Assembly: GCA_050294405.1 (NCBI GenBank)
Contig: JBNKOC010000028.1
Coordinates: forward strand, 256,001-320,000
Length of the DNA stretch: 64,000 nt
Origin: Fibrobacteria bacterium
GTDB lineage: Bacteria > Fibrobacterota > Fibrobacteria > UBA11236 > JADFYW01
Direction of reading: 5' to 3'
The notes beneath the pieces were generated by a model. It had not been told where the DNA came from. It was given only the letters and a program-made list of their open reading frames with translations, and did not search any database. This document shows, piece after piece, positions 18,975 through 29,800 of this stretch. Position numbers and translations under genes: made by a program. How positions within the stretch are numbered: position 1 is the stretch's first letter; every line of letters begins with the position of its first letter.

Positions 18975-19220
18975 CTAAAGAATTACAACAATTAACTTGG
19001 CAATAACCTTTATTGCAAGAATGGAAACGATGTAAGAAAAATCAAAACCCTGCATTGTGGGCAAATACCTTCGGGCAATATTTAATACAGGGTTGGTAAC
19101 ATCTTTAATACGTAAAAACCAGCCCGAATTTTGATACTGGCTGAGTAAGCCTTCCACCACCCAGCGCACTAAGAACAACAAAACGTAAATATTGGCAGCA
19201 AATTCAATTAGTTTACCCAT
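18975..19220 (-). CDS. yggT: YggT family membrane protein
   Basis: VTNPVLNIARRYLPTMQGFDFS motif; lies between yggS and divIVA. Confidence 0.85.
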   Translation of the reverse strand: MGKLIEFAANIYVLLFLVRWVVEGLLSQYQNSGWFLRIKDVTNPVLNIARRYLPTMQGFDFSYIVSILAIKVIAKLIVVIL

Positions 19221-19320
19221 TTCAATCCATTCCTATTCCAGTTTTACTGTTTCTGTTCTTAGTAATATAGTGTTTTCCCCTCGAATTGCGATAGTAAAAT
19301 GGAATTCCGGGAGTCTTGGC

Positions 19321-20037
19321 CTAGTGGCCATAGTCCCGGTCGCCAAAAATAGCCGTACCTACCCGCAGATAATGGCTCCCCTGTTCAATGGCTATGGGGA
19401 AATCATGGGACATCCCCATGGAAAGTTCTTTGAAATGCGCTAAAAAAGGGAAATGAGGAGCGTATTTTTCCCGAATGTCTTTTAATAGCTGGGAGAGCAG
19501 CCCAAATGATTTTGCGACTTCATCCAGGTTAGATGTATTGGGCCCAATTCCCATTAACCCGCAAAATTGAATATTTCTAAAATCTGCCAATTGGGGTATA
19601 AGAGGTAGCATTTCCTCCGGCCTGAAGCCTGCCTTACTTTCCTCAGCACTGATATTTACTTGTAAAAAAACTTTTTTTTGGCTTTTAAATTCTTCGCCTA
19701 GGCTTTCTAACTTCTTTAAAATTTTAAGGGAATCAATGCTGTGGAAAACTGATGTGATAGGGTAAATCTTTCTTACTTTATTGCTTTGCAGCCTGCCTAT
19801 GTAATGCAGCTGGGCATCTTCGAAACCCTCACCCAGTGGAAATTTCTCCAAGGCTTCCTGCACCTTATTCTCCCCAAATAATCGAGCACCAGCTTTATAG
19901 GCAGCAATAATTTTTTGTTTGGAGTGTGTTTTACTGACGCAAATTAAATGAACCTGTTTTTTGTCTCGGCCACTGTTTTCACAGGCCTTGGCAATTTGTC
20001 CATTTATTGTTTTAATGTTGCGCTCAATTACATCCAT
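19321..20037 (-). CDS. yggS: PLP homeostasis protein (YggS family)
   Basis: VSKTH, FGENKVQE, HYIGRLQSNK, LSMGMSHD, RVGTAIFG. Confidence 0.95.
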   Translation of the reverse strand: MDVIERNIKTINGQIAKACENSGRDKKQVHLICVSKTHSKQKIIAAYKAGARLFGENKVQEALEKFPLGEGFEDAQLHYIGRLQSNKVRKIYPITSVFHSIDSLKILKKLESLGEEFKSQKKVFLQVNISAEESKAGFRPEEMLPLIPQLADFRNIQFCGLMGIGPNTSNLDEVAKSFGLLSQLLKDIREKYAPHFPFLAHFKELSMGMSHDFPIAIEQGSHYLRVGTAIFGDRDYGH

Positions 20038-20039
20038 GG

Positions 20040-21629
20040 CTATTTAAAAACATCATTCAGAACATCATCCACAGATTGAGTAAGTAGGAGCCTGGTTTTT
20101 TTTATGGCATCCTTGGATAGTGTCTGGCAATCCGGGCTGTTTTCCTCGGGGAGATAAAATTTTTTAATACCTGCATTGTAAGCGGCAATAAATTTTTCCC
20201 GAATGCCTCCTACTCCGATAAGCTGGCCTGTTAAAGATATTTCTCCAGTAAAAGAAATATGAGAGCTTATGGGTTTTTGTAACAAAGCAGACAAAATAGA
20301 AACCACAAGCGCCAACCCCGCAGAAGGCCCGTCTTTTGGGAAGGCGCCTTCTGGTATATGTAAATGGATATCAGATTGGCGAATTCTATTTATGTCGATG
20401 TTCCATGTTTTAGCTCTTTCTTTCACCAGCGTCAGAGCTATTATAGCGGACTCTTTCATAATATCGCCCATTTTTCCTGTGAGGTGGATGCGGCCTTTAC
20501 CACTTAAAATTTTGCATTCAATATCCAGAATTTGACCACCTACATTGGTCCAGGCAAGCCCTTTGCATACACCGGGTTGGCTTTGGATTTTACTGTTTTT
20601 TTTTGGCTGCGTTTCCACTCCCAGCATGTTTGTTATATTTTCCTCTGAGATGCTTTGGGGATAGGTCCTTTTTAGTAACATATTTTTGGCCTGCTTACGG
20701 CCGATGTGCATCAATTGCTTTTCCAGCTGGTTTACTCCGGCTTCCTCAGTGTAGCGTGCAATAATTTGCTTAAGGCCGCTATCTGAAATTTTTAATTGGG
20801 AGGGTTTTAAGCCACAGAGTTTTTGAACTTTGGGAACCAAATATTTTCCGGCTATTTTTTGTTTTTCAAAATCATAATATCCTGGTATCCGATAGCATTC
20901 CACTTTTTGCCTGATGCTATAGGGAATTGCCGATTCCAGGTTAGCGGTTAATATGTATATGATTTTCGAAGTGTCGTATTTCAATTCCAGATATTTATCA
21001 AAAATTTTTGCGGATTTATCCAATATTTCGCTAAAGGCGGCTGCCAATTGAGTTCTTTGGGATGCGGGAATTTTATCCATTCCTTCAAACAAAATAACGG
21101 GGTTCATGATACCCGCCTGGATAATGGATTGGATAATTTTTCCAGGCTGGGCGCCCATATAAATTTTGGATTGTCCGAATAAATCACTTTCCTGGCTGAT
21201 GCTGGAAACCGGAATCCGGATACATGGCCGCCCCAAGGCAGCGGCCAGGTTCTTGGCTAACAGGGTTTTGCCCACTCCTGGTGGACCAGTGAAGCAAATG
21301 TTATGGGAAAAATTTCCAGTAAGCTTTAAAACCGATATATGATCCATGAGCTCGCTTTTTAGAGAGTCCAGACCATATACATTTTTGGTAAATTTGGATT
21401 GGATAGACTTTAAAGAACTGGATTCGGCGGCAAATTTATCCCAGGGAATGGAAAGTGCGAACTGGATATGTTGAGCCAATATGGCATGGTCCGCTTGATT
21501 GGGGGCCATTTGGGTGAGTTTGCTAATATCACTTAATATTTTTTCCTTGGCATTATCGGAGGATTGAATTCTCAATGCCCGGTTTTTAAAATTTTCCAAA
21601 AATTTTTTTTGGCTTTCCATGAATTGCAA
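20040..21629 (-). CDS. Lon-like S16 serine protease lacking the N-terminal domain, with a degenerate AAA+ module
   Basis: Walker A GPPGVGKT; protease motifs HLHIPEGA-PKDGPSAG and GGIREK; 529 aa; occupies the lon position after clpX. Confidence 0.85.
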   Translation of the reverse strand: MQFMESQKKFLENFKNRALRIQSSDNAKEKILSDISKLTQMAPNQADHAILAQHIQFALSIPWDKFAAESSSLKSIQSKFTKNVYGLDSLKSELMDHISVLKLTGNFSHNICFTGPPGVGKTLLAKNLAAALGRPCIRIPVSSISQESDLFGQSKIYMGAQPGKIIQSIIQAGIMNPVILFEGMDKIPASQRTQLAAAFSEILDKSAKIFDKYLELKYDTSKIIYILTANLESAIPYSIRQKVECYRIPGYYDFEKQKIAGKYLVPKVQKLCGLKPSQLKISDSGLKQIIARYTEEAGVNQLEKQLMHIGRKQAKNMLLKRTYPQSISEENITNMLGVETQPKKNSKIQSQPGVCKGLAWTNVGGQILDIECKILSGKGRIHLTGKMGDIMKESAIIALTLVKERAKTWNIDINRIRQSDIHLHIPEGAFPKDGPSAGLALVVSILSALLQKPISSHISFTGEISLTGQLIGVGGIREKFIAAYNAGIKKFYLPEENSPDCQTLSKDAIKKTRLLLTQSVDDVLNDVFK

Positions 21630-21667
21630 TTTTTTTTTAAGCCTTTTGATTTAAAAGGCTAATGTTA

Positions 21668-22921
21668 TCAGGCGGATTTGGCTTTTACCTTCTTTAAGAT
21701 GTATAGAGGCTCAGCGCCCTCCCGAACCACATCTTTAGTGATGATACATTCTGCCACATCTTTTCGGTTAGGAAGGTCAAACATAATTTTAATTAAAACA
21801 CTTTCCATAATAGCTCTAAGGCCACGGGCGCCTGTTTTTCTTTCAATGGCTTTTTCCACTATGGCATTGAGGGAATCCGCCTGAAAAACAAGTTTTACTC
21901 CATCCATATCAAATAATTTGGAATATTGTTTGATAAGGGCGTTTTTGGGCTGGGTTAAAATATTTAACATGGCAGGGTGATCCAGTTCATTTAAAGCTGT
22001 CACCACAGGCAAGCGCCCCACCAATTCAGGGATAAGTCCGAATTGAATAATATCATCGGGCTCCACCATGTGTAAAATATTTTCTTTGCCTTGTTTTTTG
22101 CCATTGCTCCCCATAGAAAAACCCATTTTACGGGTGCCCAATCTGCGGGCCACAATGTCATCCAACGTTTCGAAAGCGCCACCACAAATAAACAAAACAT
22201 TTTTGGTGTTTACATTTATAAGCGTTTGCTCGGGGTGTTTTCTACCCCCTTTAGGAGGAATAGATGCAACAGTACCTTCCAATAATTTCAACAAGCCCTG
22301 CTGCACGCCTTCTCCGCTTACATCGCGGGTTATGGAAGGGTTGGCGGAAGAACGGGCGATTTTGTCAATTTCATCAATGTATACAATTCCCTGCTGGGCC
22401 TTTTCCACGTCATAATCGGCGGCTTGCAGAAGGCGAACGATGATGTTGTCCACATCTTCACCAACATAACCGGCTTCTGTTAATACTGTGGCGTCCACAA
22501 TGGTAAAGGGAACGTTTAAAAACCGGGCCATGGTTTGGGCCAAAAGTGTTTTTCCTGTCCCGGTAGGCCCTAAAAACAGAATGTTACTTTTTTCAATTTC
22601 AATTTCATCACTCTCTTTGGAAGAGATAATTCTTTTGTAATGGTTGTAAACAGCCACACAAAGGCTGCGTTTGGCTTCGTCTTGTCCAACTACAAACTGA
22701 TCGAGGTGTTCTTTGATTTCCAGCGGGGTGGGTATGGAAACTTCTGTGGGCTTCTTTGCCTTAGGGTCTCTTTTTTGTTCCTCGCTTAATATATCATTGC
22801 ACATGGATACACATTCATTGCAAATGTGTACAGACGGCCCGGTAATCAGCTTATCAACCTGTTCTGCGGACTTGCCGCAAAATGAGCAGCTGATTAGCGT
22901 ATAACCTTTAGATTTACTCAT
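21668..22921 (-). CDS. clpX: ATP-dependent Clp protease ATP-binding subunit ClpX
   Basis: C4 zinc finger [37 protein letters not shown]. Confidence 0.98.
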   Translation of the reverse strand: MSKSKGYTLISCSFCGKSAEQVDKLITGPSVHICNECVSMCNDILSEEQKRDPKAKKPTEVSIPTPLEIKEHLDQFVVGQDEAKRSLCVAVYNHYKRIISSKESDEIEIEKSNILFLGPTGTGKTLLAQTMARFLNVPFTIVDATVLTEAGYVGEDVDNIIVRLLQAADYDVEKAQQGIVYIDEIDKIARSSANPSITRDVSGEGVQQGLLKLLEGTVASIPPKGGRKHPEQTLINVNTKNVLFICGGAFETLDDIVARRLGTRKMGFSMGSNGKKQGKENILHMVEPDDIIQFGLIPELVGRLPVVTALNELDHPAMLNILTQPKNALIKQYSKLFDMDGVKLVFQADSLNAIVEKAIERKTGARGLRAIMESVLIKIMFDLPNRKDVAECIITKDVVREGAEPLYILKKVKAKSA

Positions 22922-22935
22922 GCCCCTTTAAAAAT

Positions 22936-23529
22936 CTACTTAGATTTTTCAGTTTCCCGTTGTAAAATTTCATCAACAATTCCAAAATCAATGGATTCCT
23001 GCGCATTTAAGTAAAAATCCCTATCTGTGAGTTTTTCCACCTCTTCTACGGTTTTTCCGGTATTCAAGGAAATGATTCTGTTCATTTCTTCTTTGGTCTT
23101 CACAATTTCCTTGGCGTGAATTTGGATATCGGAAGATTGGCCAGAGGTTGCTCCAGAAGGCTGATGCAGCATTACTTTGCCGTGAGGCAGGATAAAACGC
23201 TTGCCTTTAGCTCCGGCTCCCAATAAAACAGCGGCCATGCTGGCGGCTATGCCAATACAAATAGTTTGAACGTCGGGTTTTACGTGTTTAATAGTATCGT
23301 AAATGGCAAGTCCTGAAGAAACCAGCCCACCGGGAGAATTGATGTACAAAATGATATCTTTATCTGGATCATCGTGTTCCAGGAAAATCATCTGGGCTAT
23401 AATGGCGTTGGCCACCACATCATTGACTTCATGTCCTATGAAGATGATTCTTTCTTTTAGAAGGCGAGAGTATATATCGTATGCTCGCTCGCCTCGCCCT
23501 GTATTTTCAATGACTGTTGGGATATACAT
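22936..23529 (-). CDS. clpP: ATP-dependent Clp protease proteolytic subunit
   Basis: DIYSRLLKERII, YINSPGG, AASM, HQP, DRD. Confidence 0.98.
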   Translation of the reverse strand: MYIPTVIENTGRGERAYDIYSRLLKERIIFIGHEVNDVVANAIIAQMIFLEHDDPDKDIILYINSPGGLVSSGLAIYDTIKHVKPDVQTICIGIAASMAAVLLGAGAKGKRFILPHGKVMLHQPSGATSGQSSDIQIHAKEIVKTKEEMNRIISLNTGKTVEEVEKLTDRDFYLNAQESIDFGIVDEILQRETEKSK

Positions 23530-23580
23530 TCTGTTGAATTCTCCTGGGTTGAATAAAATACAAAAAGGGAAAAATAAAAC

Positions 23581-24864
23581 CTAAGCAGCTTCTTCGCTTG
23601 GAATATTTAACAGAAATTTCAGGGTTTTTTCAGATTTGATATCTTCCCTGATATCATTTATGCGGCCGCTCTTTCGCAACGAAGCCTTCAAAGTTTCAAA
23701 CTCAAGGCCATTTTGTTTGGCCAGACTTTCAATACGAGCGTCCACTTCTGTCTGGACCGCCTTGATATTTTCTTTTTTAGATACTACTTCCAAAATGCGG
23801 TGTTTGCGCAGTTCGTAAAGGGCCTTGTCCTCTAAAAACTTCATTTGTTCTGGAGGAATATCATGGGAATGATCGTGATTTTCGTCGGGGTTGTAGTTTC
23901 CCCCATGAATCTGATATTCCACATAGTGTTTAATACGAGCTTTGGGCACATCAAAAGGGTGCTTGGCCAAAATGGCTTCCATAACTTCGGTTTCAGCTTT
24001 TTTTAAAGCATCTCTTTCTTTGGTTTCTTCCAAATTTTCCCGAATTCTGGCTTTCAACTCGTCTAAAGTTTGAGTACCCAGTTTTTTGGCGAATTCATCG
24101 TCAACAACTGGTATGTCCTTTGTCTTAATGGATTCAATTTTAACCTGGTATTCTCCCTTTTTTCCAGCTAAATCAGGGTTTTCGTAATCTTTTGCGTACT
24201 TTACGCTGATTGATTTTTCATCTCCGGCGCTAACAGCTAAAAAGGCCTTGTTAAATTCGGGAATTTTATCTTTGCCGATACTAACCCTAAAGGATTTGTC
24301 TTCGGGTAATTCTTTTTCTTCGCCATCTATCTTAATGGACAAATAACTGCCAACGGCAATGTCGCCTTCTTCGCTTTTGCCTTCTTTATCGCTTTCTGTG
24401 GCAATACTTTCGGCATAGGAGTTGATTTGATCCTCGATTTCTTTGTCTTCTGTAACAGAAGGCTTTTCGTAAACAACGCCTAAATCTTTGTAATCGCTAA
24501 TTTCAACCTCTGGATCCACTTCAATAAGAGCCTTCAAAAAAATGGGGTTCTCCCCCTCATTTTTTAACTCTTCCACTTTTCCGGGGGCCACAGGGCTTAT
24601 GTTTTGCTCTTTGCAAACTTCGCGAATAACATCGTCTACCAGTTTTTCCAATGTTTCATTGGTAATGGGCTCTTTAAACCTTTCGGAAATAATTCTTTTG
24701 GGAATGGTGCCTTTTCGGTAGCCATTTAGGCGCAGTTCTTTGCTGTATTTCTTGACTTTTTCGTTGTAAACCGAATTGAAATTTTCTCTGGGGATTTCAA
24801 TTTCCAATAATTTTTCAGTAGTGGAAGGATCGGTTACTTTAGATTTTAAAGTTTGGGTTTCCAT
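23581..24864 (-). CDS. tig: Trigger factor
   Basis: Ribosome-binding motif variant NGYRKG, FKBP-like middle domain, tig-clpP-clpX synteny. Confidence 0.93.
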   Translation of the reverse strand: METQTLKSKVTDPSTTEKLLEIEIPRENFNSVYNEKVKKYSKELRLNGYRKGTIPKRIISERFKEPITNETLEKLVDDVIREVCKEQNISPVAPGKVEELKNEGENPIFLKALIEVDPEVEISDYKDLGVVYEKPSVTEDKEIEDQINSYAESIATESDKEGKSEEGDIAVGSYLSIKIDGEEKELPEDKSFRVSIGKDKIPEFNKAFLAVSAGDEKSISVKYAKDYENPDLAGKKGEYQVKIESIKTKDIPVVDDEFAKKLGTQTLDELKARIRENLEETKERDALKKAETEVMEAILAKHPFDVPKARIKHYVEYQIHGGNYNPDENHDHSHDIPPEQMKFLEDKALYELRKHRILEVVSKKENIKAVQTEVDARIESLAKQNGLEFETLKASLRKSGRINDIREDIKSEKTLKFLLNIPSEEAA

Positions 24865-24893
24865 ATTAGATAATCCTAAAAAATGAGTGGTTT

Positions 24894-24974
24894 TGCGAGA
24901 GGGGGGAGTCGAACCCCCACGCCAAAGGCGCTAGATCCTAAGTCTAGTGCGTCTGCCAATTCCGCCACTCTCGC
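24894..24974 (-). tRNA. tRNA-Leu (anticodon TAG)
   Basis: Reverse complement GCGAGAGTGGCGGAATTGGCAGACGCACTAGACTTAGGATCTAGCGCC...GGTTCGACTCCCCCCTCTCGCA; long variable arm; CCA not encoded; the usual position upstream of tig. Confidence 0.96.
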
Positions 24975-24986
24975 TAATGTTCTGTA

Positions 24987-25015
24987 AACTTATAAGAAAA
25001 GGGCCGTTTTTTCAA
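24987..25015 (-). promoter_or_regulatory. Putative sigma70 promoter of tRNA-Leu/tig
   Basis: TTGAAA-N17-TAAGTT on the minus strand, 12 nt upstream of the tRNA. Confidence 0.45.
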
Positions 25016-25039
25016 TACATGGACCTATTCTTATTTGAG

Positions 25040-26638
25040 CTAGCTTTGCAAATTTAATTCCGGTGCAGGAGCTGCATCTTCGTTGCTGTAACTGTTCAAA
25101 AAAAGCTGAGTGATTTCATCGCCAGAATCTGTATTAAAAACCCGGAACCCAACTAAAGAGGCATCTTCATCGTGGTAAAGGTCAATTTGGCATTTGTAAT
25201 TTCGTTCCCAATGTTTTAATATGCGGCCTCTATAGGCAACCACTTCGTCCAGGATTTTTGCATGTAAGGCCAAAGAAAGTTTGGTGTAATTTCCCTTGGC
25301 ATGGCAGCGGCGTAGCCACCTGTCAATTTGAGCTAAAATACCGTTTGTTTTAGGTATATAACGGTTTCCCTGACAGGTAGGGCACACATCGGACTGGTTT
25401 AATATCAAATTGGGGCGCACTCTTTTTCGGGTAAGCTCCATTAATCCAAATTGCGAAATCAAGGAAAAATGAATGGGGGCCTTATCTTGTCGAATTGCCT
25501 TTTTAAATTCGGATTCTACCTTTTCGATGTCCTCTTCATTTTCCATGTCGATAAAATCAATGACCACAAGGCCACCTAAATCGCGCAGGCGCAATTGTTT
25601 GGCGATTTCCCAGGCTGCATCAATATTGGTTTCCACAATATTTTTTCCCTGATCGGTTCCGCGAACCTTTCCCCCTGTGTTTACATCAATGGAAACCAGG
25701 GCCTCGGTTTGTTCAATAATGAGATAACCGCCCCGACGCAAATAAACTTTGGATTCAAATATCTTTTCGAGCTCTTCCTCCAGGCCAAAATGGTCGAAAA
25801 GCGAACCTTTTTTATCAAAATATTTCACTTTGTCCAGTTTATCGGGGGAAAGCACCTGAAGGTATTCCAACACTGAATCGTATTCGTCTTTATCGTCTAT
25901 CCATACTTCACCCACATTTTCTGTAAAATACTCCCTAAGAGTGATTTCACTAAAACTGGTGTCGCGAAATACCAAACCGGGTCCGTCCAATTCATCGGCT
26001 CTGTGCTTGCAGATTTCCCATTTGGATTCGAGGATATCCATTTGTTTGGCAAACTCTTCTTCGCTTTCCTGTAACCCTAAAGTTCTGACGATGTAGCCTA
26101 CACCTGGGCCTTTTAAGCGTTGGACCATTCTTTTTAGTTCCCGGCGGCGGTAAATTTCACGGCTTTTTTTGGAAACACCCACAAAATTGGTATTGGGCAT
26201 GCAAACCAAAAAGCGTCCGGCCAGAGTAATATGGGAAGTGAGCCTGGGTCCTTTGGTGCCAATGGGCTCTTTGGTAACCTGAACTAATATTTCCTGGCCC
26301 ACAGAGAGCAATTGATCTATGGTTTCTGGTTTTTTGGCGTTTTTTTTGTCGCCATCGTCGTCATCATCATATTCATTGCGCAGCTTGCGGGTTCGGTCTA
26401 TAACGTCATCCACATGCAAAAAACCTGCTTTGTCGGTTCCCAAATCTACAAATGCAGCTTGAAGCCCGGGTAAAACGGCGTTCACCACGCCTTTGTAAAT
26501 GCTGCCTAAAACAACAGAGTCTTCGGGGTGTTCATAAAGGATTTCTCCTAAATGATTGTCGTCCAAAATGGCGATTCGACGCTCGTAGGGCGTATAACTG
26601 ATTAAAATTTGTCTTGGGGCTTTTGAATATCGGCTCAT
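25040..26638 (-). CDS. rng: Rne/Rng family ribonuclease (RNase G-sized)
   Basis: S1 domain (GSIYKGVV..VLPGLQAAFVD), KEPIGTKGPRL, IDVNTG, LRLRDLGGLVVIDFIDM, CPTC zinc link. Confidence 0.93.
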   Translation of the reverse strand: MSRYSKAPRQILISYTPYERRIAILDDNHLGEILYEHPEDSVVLGSIYKGVVNAVLPGLQAAFVDLGTDKAGFLHVDDVIDRTRKLRNEYDDDDDGDKKNAKKPETIDQLLSVGQEILVQVTKEPIGTKGPRLTSHITLAGRFLVCMPNTNFVGVSKKSREIYRRRELKRMVQRLKGPGVGYIVRTLGLQESEEEFAKQMDILESKWEICKHRADELDGPGLVFRDTSFSEITLREYFTENVGEVWIDDKDEYDSVLEYLQVLSPDKLDKVKYFDKKGSLFDHFGLEEELEKIFESKVYLRRGGYLIIEQTEALVSIDVNTGGKVRGTDQGKNIVETNIDAAWEIAKQLRLRDLGGLVVIDFIDMENEEDIEKVESEFKKAIRQDKAPIHFSLISQFGLMELTRKRVRPNLILNQSDVCPTCQGNRYIPKTNGILAQIDRWLRRCHAKGNYTKLSLALHAKILDEVVAYRGRILKHWERNYKCQIDLYHDEDASLVGFRVFNTDSGDEITQLFLNSYSNEDAAPAPELNLQS

Positions 26639-26830
26639 TAATTTCCTTCCAAATAGATTTTGACGCGATATTTTTACCTGGACTCCCGGACTTCACTAAG
26701 GCATAAACTGCCCTGGTTTCCCGGGGGGAGATAAAAAAATCGAAAATTTTCAATAAGGGACTTTGTAAGTCTGTCCAGCTTTTTATAAGCAGTAAAATAA
26801 AAATCATTTGTAATATGATAAATTAATCAC

Positions 26831-29800
26831 TTAGAATCTCATAGTAAACTCTGAATGTACTTCAATTTCTTGACGGGTGTCTTCGTTTTCTGTATGAAAC
26901 TCCTGCTCTCGCATATATTGAACATACACCAGCATATCGATTTTGCGGGTAAAATTATAGGAAACTTCCGGGCGCAGGCTAAAATTAAACTCATAAAGGT
27001 CCACTTCTCTCTTGGTATTGTCGTTTCCGGCTAATTTTACATAGTTGGTGTTTTTTTCTGCTCCCACTTTGGCCGTGAGTTTAAATCGGAGGTTGTTTTC
27101 CAATTTTACATACCAGCGCCAAAATTGAATGCCTTTTTGGGTTTGGATATCGTAGGAAAGGCTAAAAATATCTTCCCAAAGCCAGTTTTCTTTTTTGGTG
27201 TGGCCGCCATCCGGTTTGCGGGAATAGGTGTTTAAATCTTTATAGCCATCCCAGGTAAGGAGGGGAGATTGGGTGGAATCCAGAGTTTTGGTGGAATCTA
27301 CTCCGTGGCCAAATTTCCAGTTTACGGAATTTTCCATTCGCACATTGTTTTTCATGGTGGCGGAGAGTTTCACCAGCGGACTGAAATTGTGGGAGATGTT
27401 AATGGAGTTGGCTTTCTCTGACCATTTATTATAGCGCCATTCTTTTTTGAAGTTGTAAGAATGGTTCGCGCTGAAATTGCGGAAGTGTTTTTTAAGAAAG
27501 GGAATTTTAGGCGCAAAGTTGGAAAAACGGCCGGTTACAGTGTAATCGGGAAAAACAAAAGAGGTGTCGTTGTCCCGGGCCAGGGCATAGTCCCTGTTAA
27601 AGGTATAACTTTTGGTCCACTTCATGGAACCGCTTAGGTTTAAATCGATTATGGGAACTGTGAACCCAGAACGCAAATCCGTGGTTCTAGTAACGATGTG
27701 TTTCATTTGGTTGTTTTGCACCATGGGAGAAGACAGATAATCAAAAAAGCGATAGTCACTGTTGGTATGGCCCATAATAACCTGATCCCGGAATTTGGGA
27801 TAATTCCAGATGATGCTGGGATCGTAAATAAGGCCAAGTTGGTAGGCGTAGAAATCAAATGGGTCTATTCCCCGGCGATTCATTTCTTCAAAAGTGAACT
27901 CCTCACCTGTATATCTGTGCGAAATGGTATAACTGGCGTTAATGTTTTGCAGTTTAATTTTGTTGAATCCATTATTGGCGCTTTTAAGGCTGCTGGCCAA
28001 CCAGGGAATGGGTTTGGACAACTTCTCCAGCTTTTGGAGTAAACGGTTGAGCCGCAAACCAGTATTAAGGCTAATATCGTGGTTGGATTCGGACTGGAAA
28101 TGTTCGGGTTCAAAGGAGCCCTGCACACCCAAACGAGTAGGGGTAAGGCTTACCTCTTCGCTGCGGGTATGTTTGTATTGGGAAGACAATTTAGCCGAAG
28201 TGGAAACAAAAGAGAGAATCTCGGGATTAAAATCCATTTGAAAGGTATTGTTGCGGCTTTTTTCGTTAGCCATGACACCATAAACATCAAGGCCTCTTGC
28301 TGCTGCGCTGTCTGAAGAAGCTAAAAGTTCCCAGGCAAAAAGCCCTGTTCTGGAATTCATATCCCAAAAAACCGGGCCTGAAAATTCCTCATGAACATTG
28401 TCGAATTCACGAATTAGGGAAAGCCTGTAATTTAAATTGTAAAAATTGAATAAGCGCCAGGATAAATCAAGGCCATGAGTCATGTCCACTTCCCAATCGT
28501 GTTCAATAACATCGGGCTCAATTTCCTGAATGTCTTTTTTAACCTGGTAAGAGTTCACAAAACTGTAGTCCGCAACCACCAGGTTCAAGCGGTTAGGATA
28601 AGGGCTGAATTGAAAGTCTTGAATAAAATCGGGCACATACTCGCTGCGTTTCTTAAACTTCCAGGGTTTGAGCTGGATGGGCTTGTAAGGGGATAAATCA
28701 TAAGTCAGCCTGGTTTTGTAGCTGGTAGTGGTGTCGTCCTGGCTGGGGGCCCCAGACTTTGCGTTGGTGTAGGTAAATTCCAGAGCGGGCCTTTCAAAAG
28801 CCGACTGCACAAAAAAGTTTTTGGAGCGCTTTTCCTTGCGGTAGGCTGCTGTCATCACCTCTGTTAATGTACGGCTTTGGTAATACCTGGATTTGGCATT
28901 TTGCTTATCTAAAGAATCGTTTAGAGAAGATAATTCGCCACTTAAAAAGTCATCCCACAAATCAGATATATCGTGGTTTTCCAATAACTCGTCAGAATAG
29001 GGTTTTGTAAAGGGCCGACTTACTGAGCCCCGGTATTGTATGGAAAGAGGAAGGCTGATGCCCCAGGCATCGGGGAAAAACTTGTTGGCATACAAACTGG
29101 CGTTGGTGTTAAAGTCCATGGTGGTTTTCGAATTAGCAGGTGTGTTTTTGGTATTCTGTGTCATGGAGGTAAAATTTCCGTTAGTGGCGGTGATGTTACC
29201 GCTAAGGTTTATGAAATCCGCAAATTCAGTTTGGAAAGAAGAGCGCATGCTAATACCACTGGAGCGGTTTACCCCGCGCAAGCGTAGGTCATTCACCCAA
29301 AATTCTCCTTGCTGAATCACTTCGGCTGTGGAGTCTACCTCGATTACTAAACGCATCCAGTTGATGTTAGAAAGGGAAGGGTCGCCCACAACTCCTATTA
29401 CTAAGGAAGAATCTCCCCGGGCTCTGTTGTAGCTGTGCACAAAATTTTGCCGGGTACTTCTCCAGGAACTTGAGTTTTTGAGTGCGGACAAATCTCCCAT
29501 ACGAACATCCAGGGCGTGGCGTTCCCATAAGCTTTTATGGTCCGAAGTTGCTGTGGAATCGGCATGTATTTTAATTTCGTAATAGTTGGAACTTTCTTCA
29601 TTGCCGTCATCCCGGCCGAGCTGCAAAGAAAAGCTGACCTTGTTTTGTTGCGGGTCCGCCGAATACCGGGGGTGGACTTCCATTAACAAGTTGCTGTAAA
29701 GCGTCAAATCTTTGTTATCGTTGCCAAAAATACGGGTGGCGTGGACTACTTCACCAGGATGTAAGTTTTCGTAATTTAAAACAAGAGATTGCTCTCTTAG

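Noticed and set aside
21640..21660. AGCCTTTT/AAAAGGCT hairpin between clpX and the lon-like gene as a terminator
   Set aside because: On the coding (minus) strand it is followed by an A-run rather than a U-run; at most a pause or stability hairpin
20040..21667. The lon-like gene as a frameshifted pseudogene
   Set aside because: The ORF is continuous, there is no room upstream for the missing N-domain, and the protease motifs are preserved
24894..24974. tRNA-Leu or tRNA-Lys as prophage/ICE integration sites
   Set aside because: No integrase and no duplicated tRNA 3' ends were seen; the flanks are housekeeping genes
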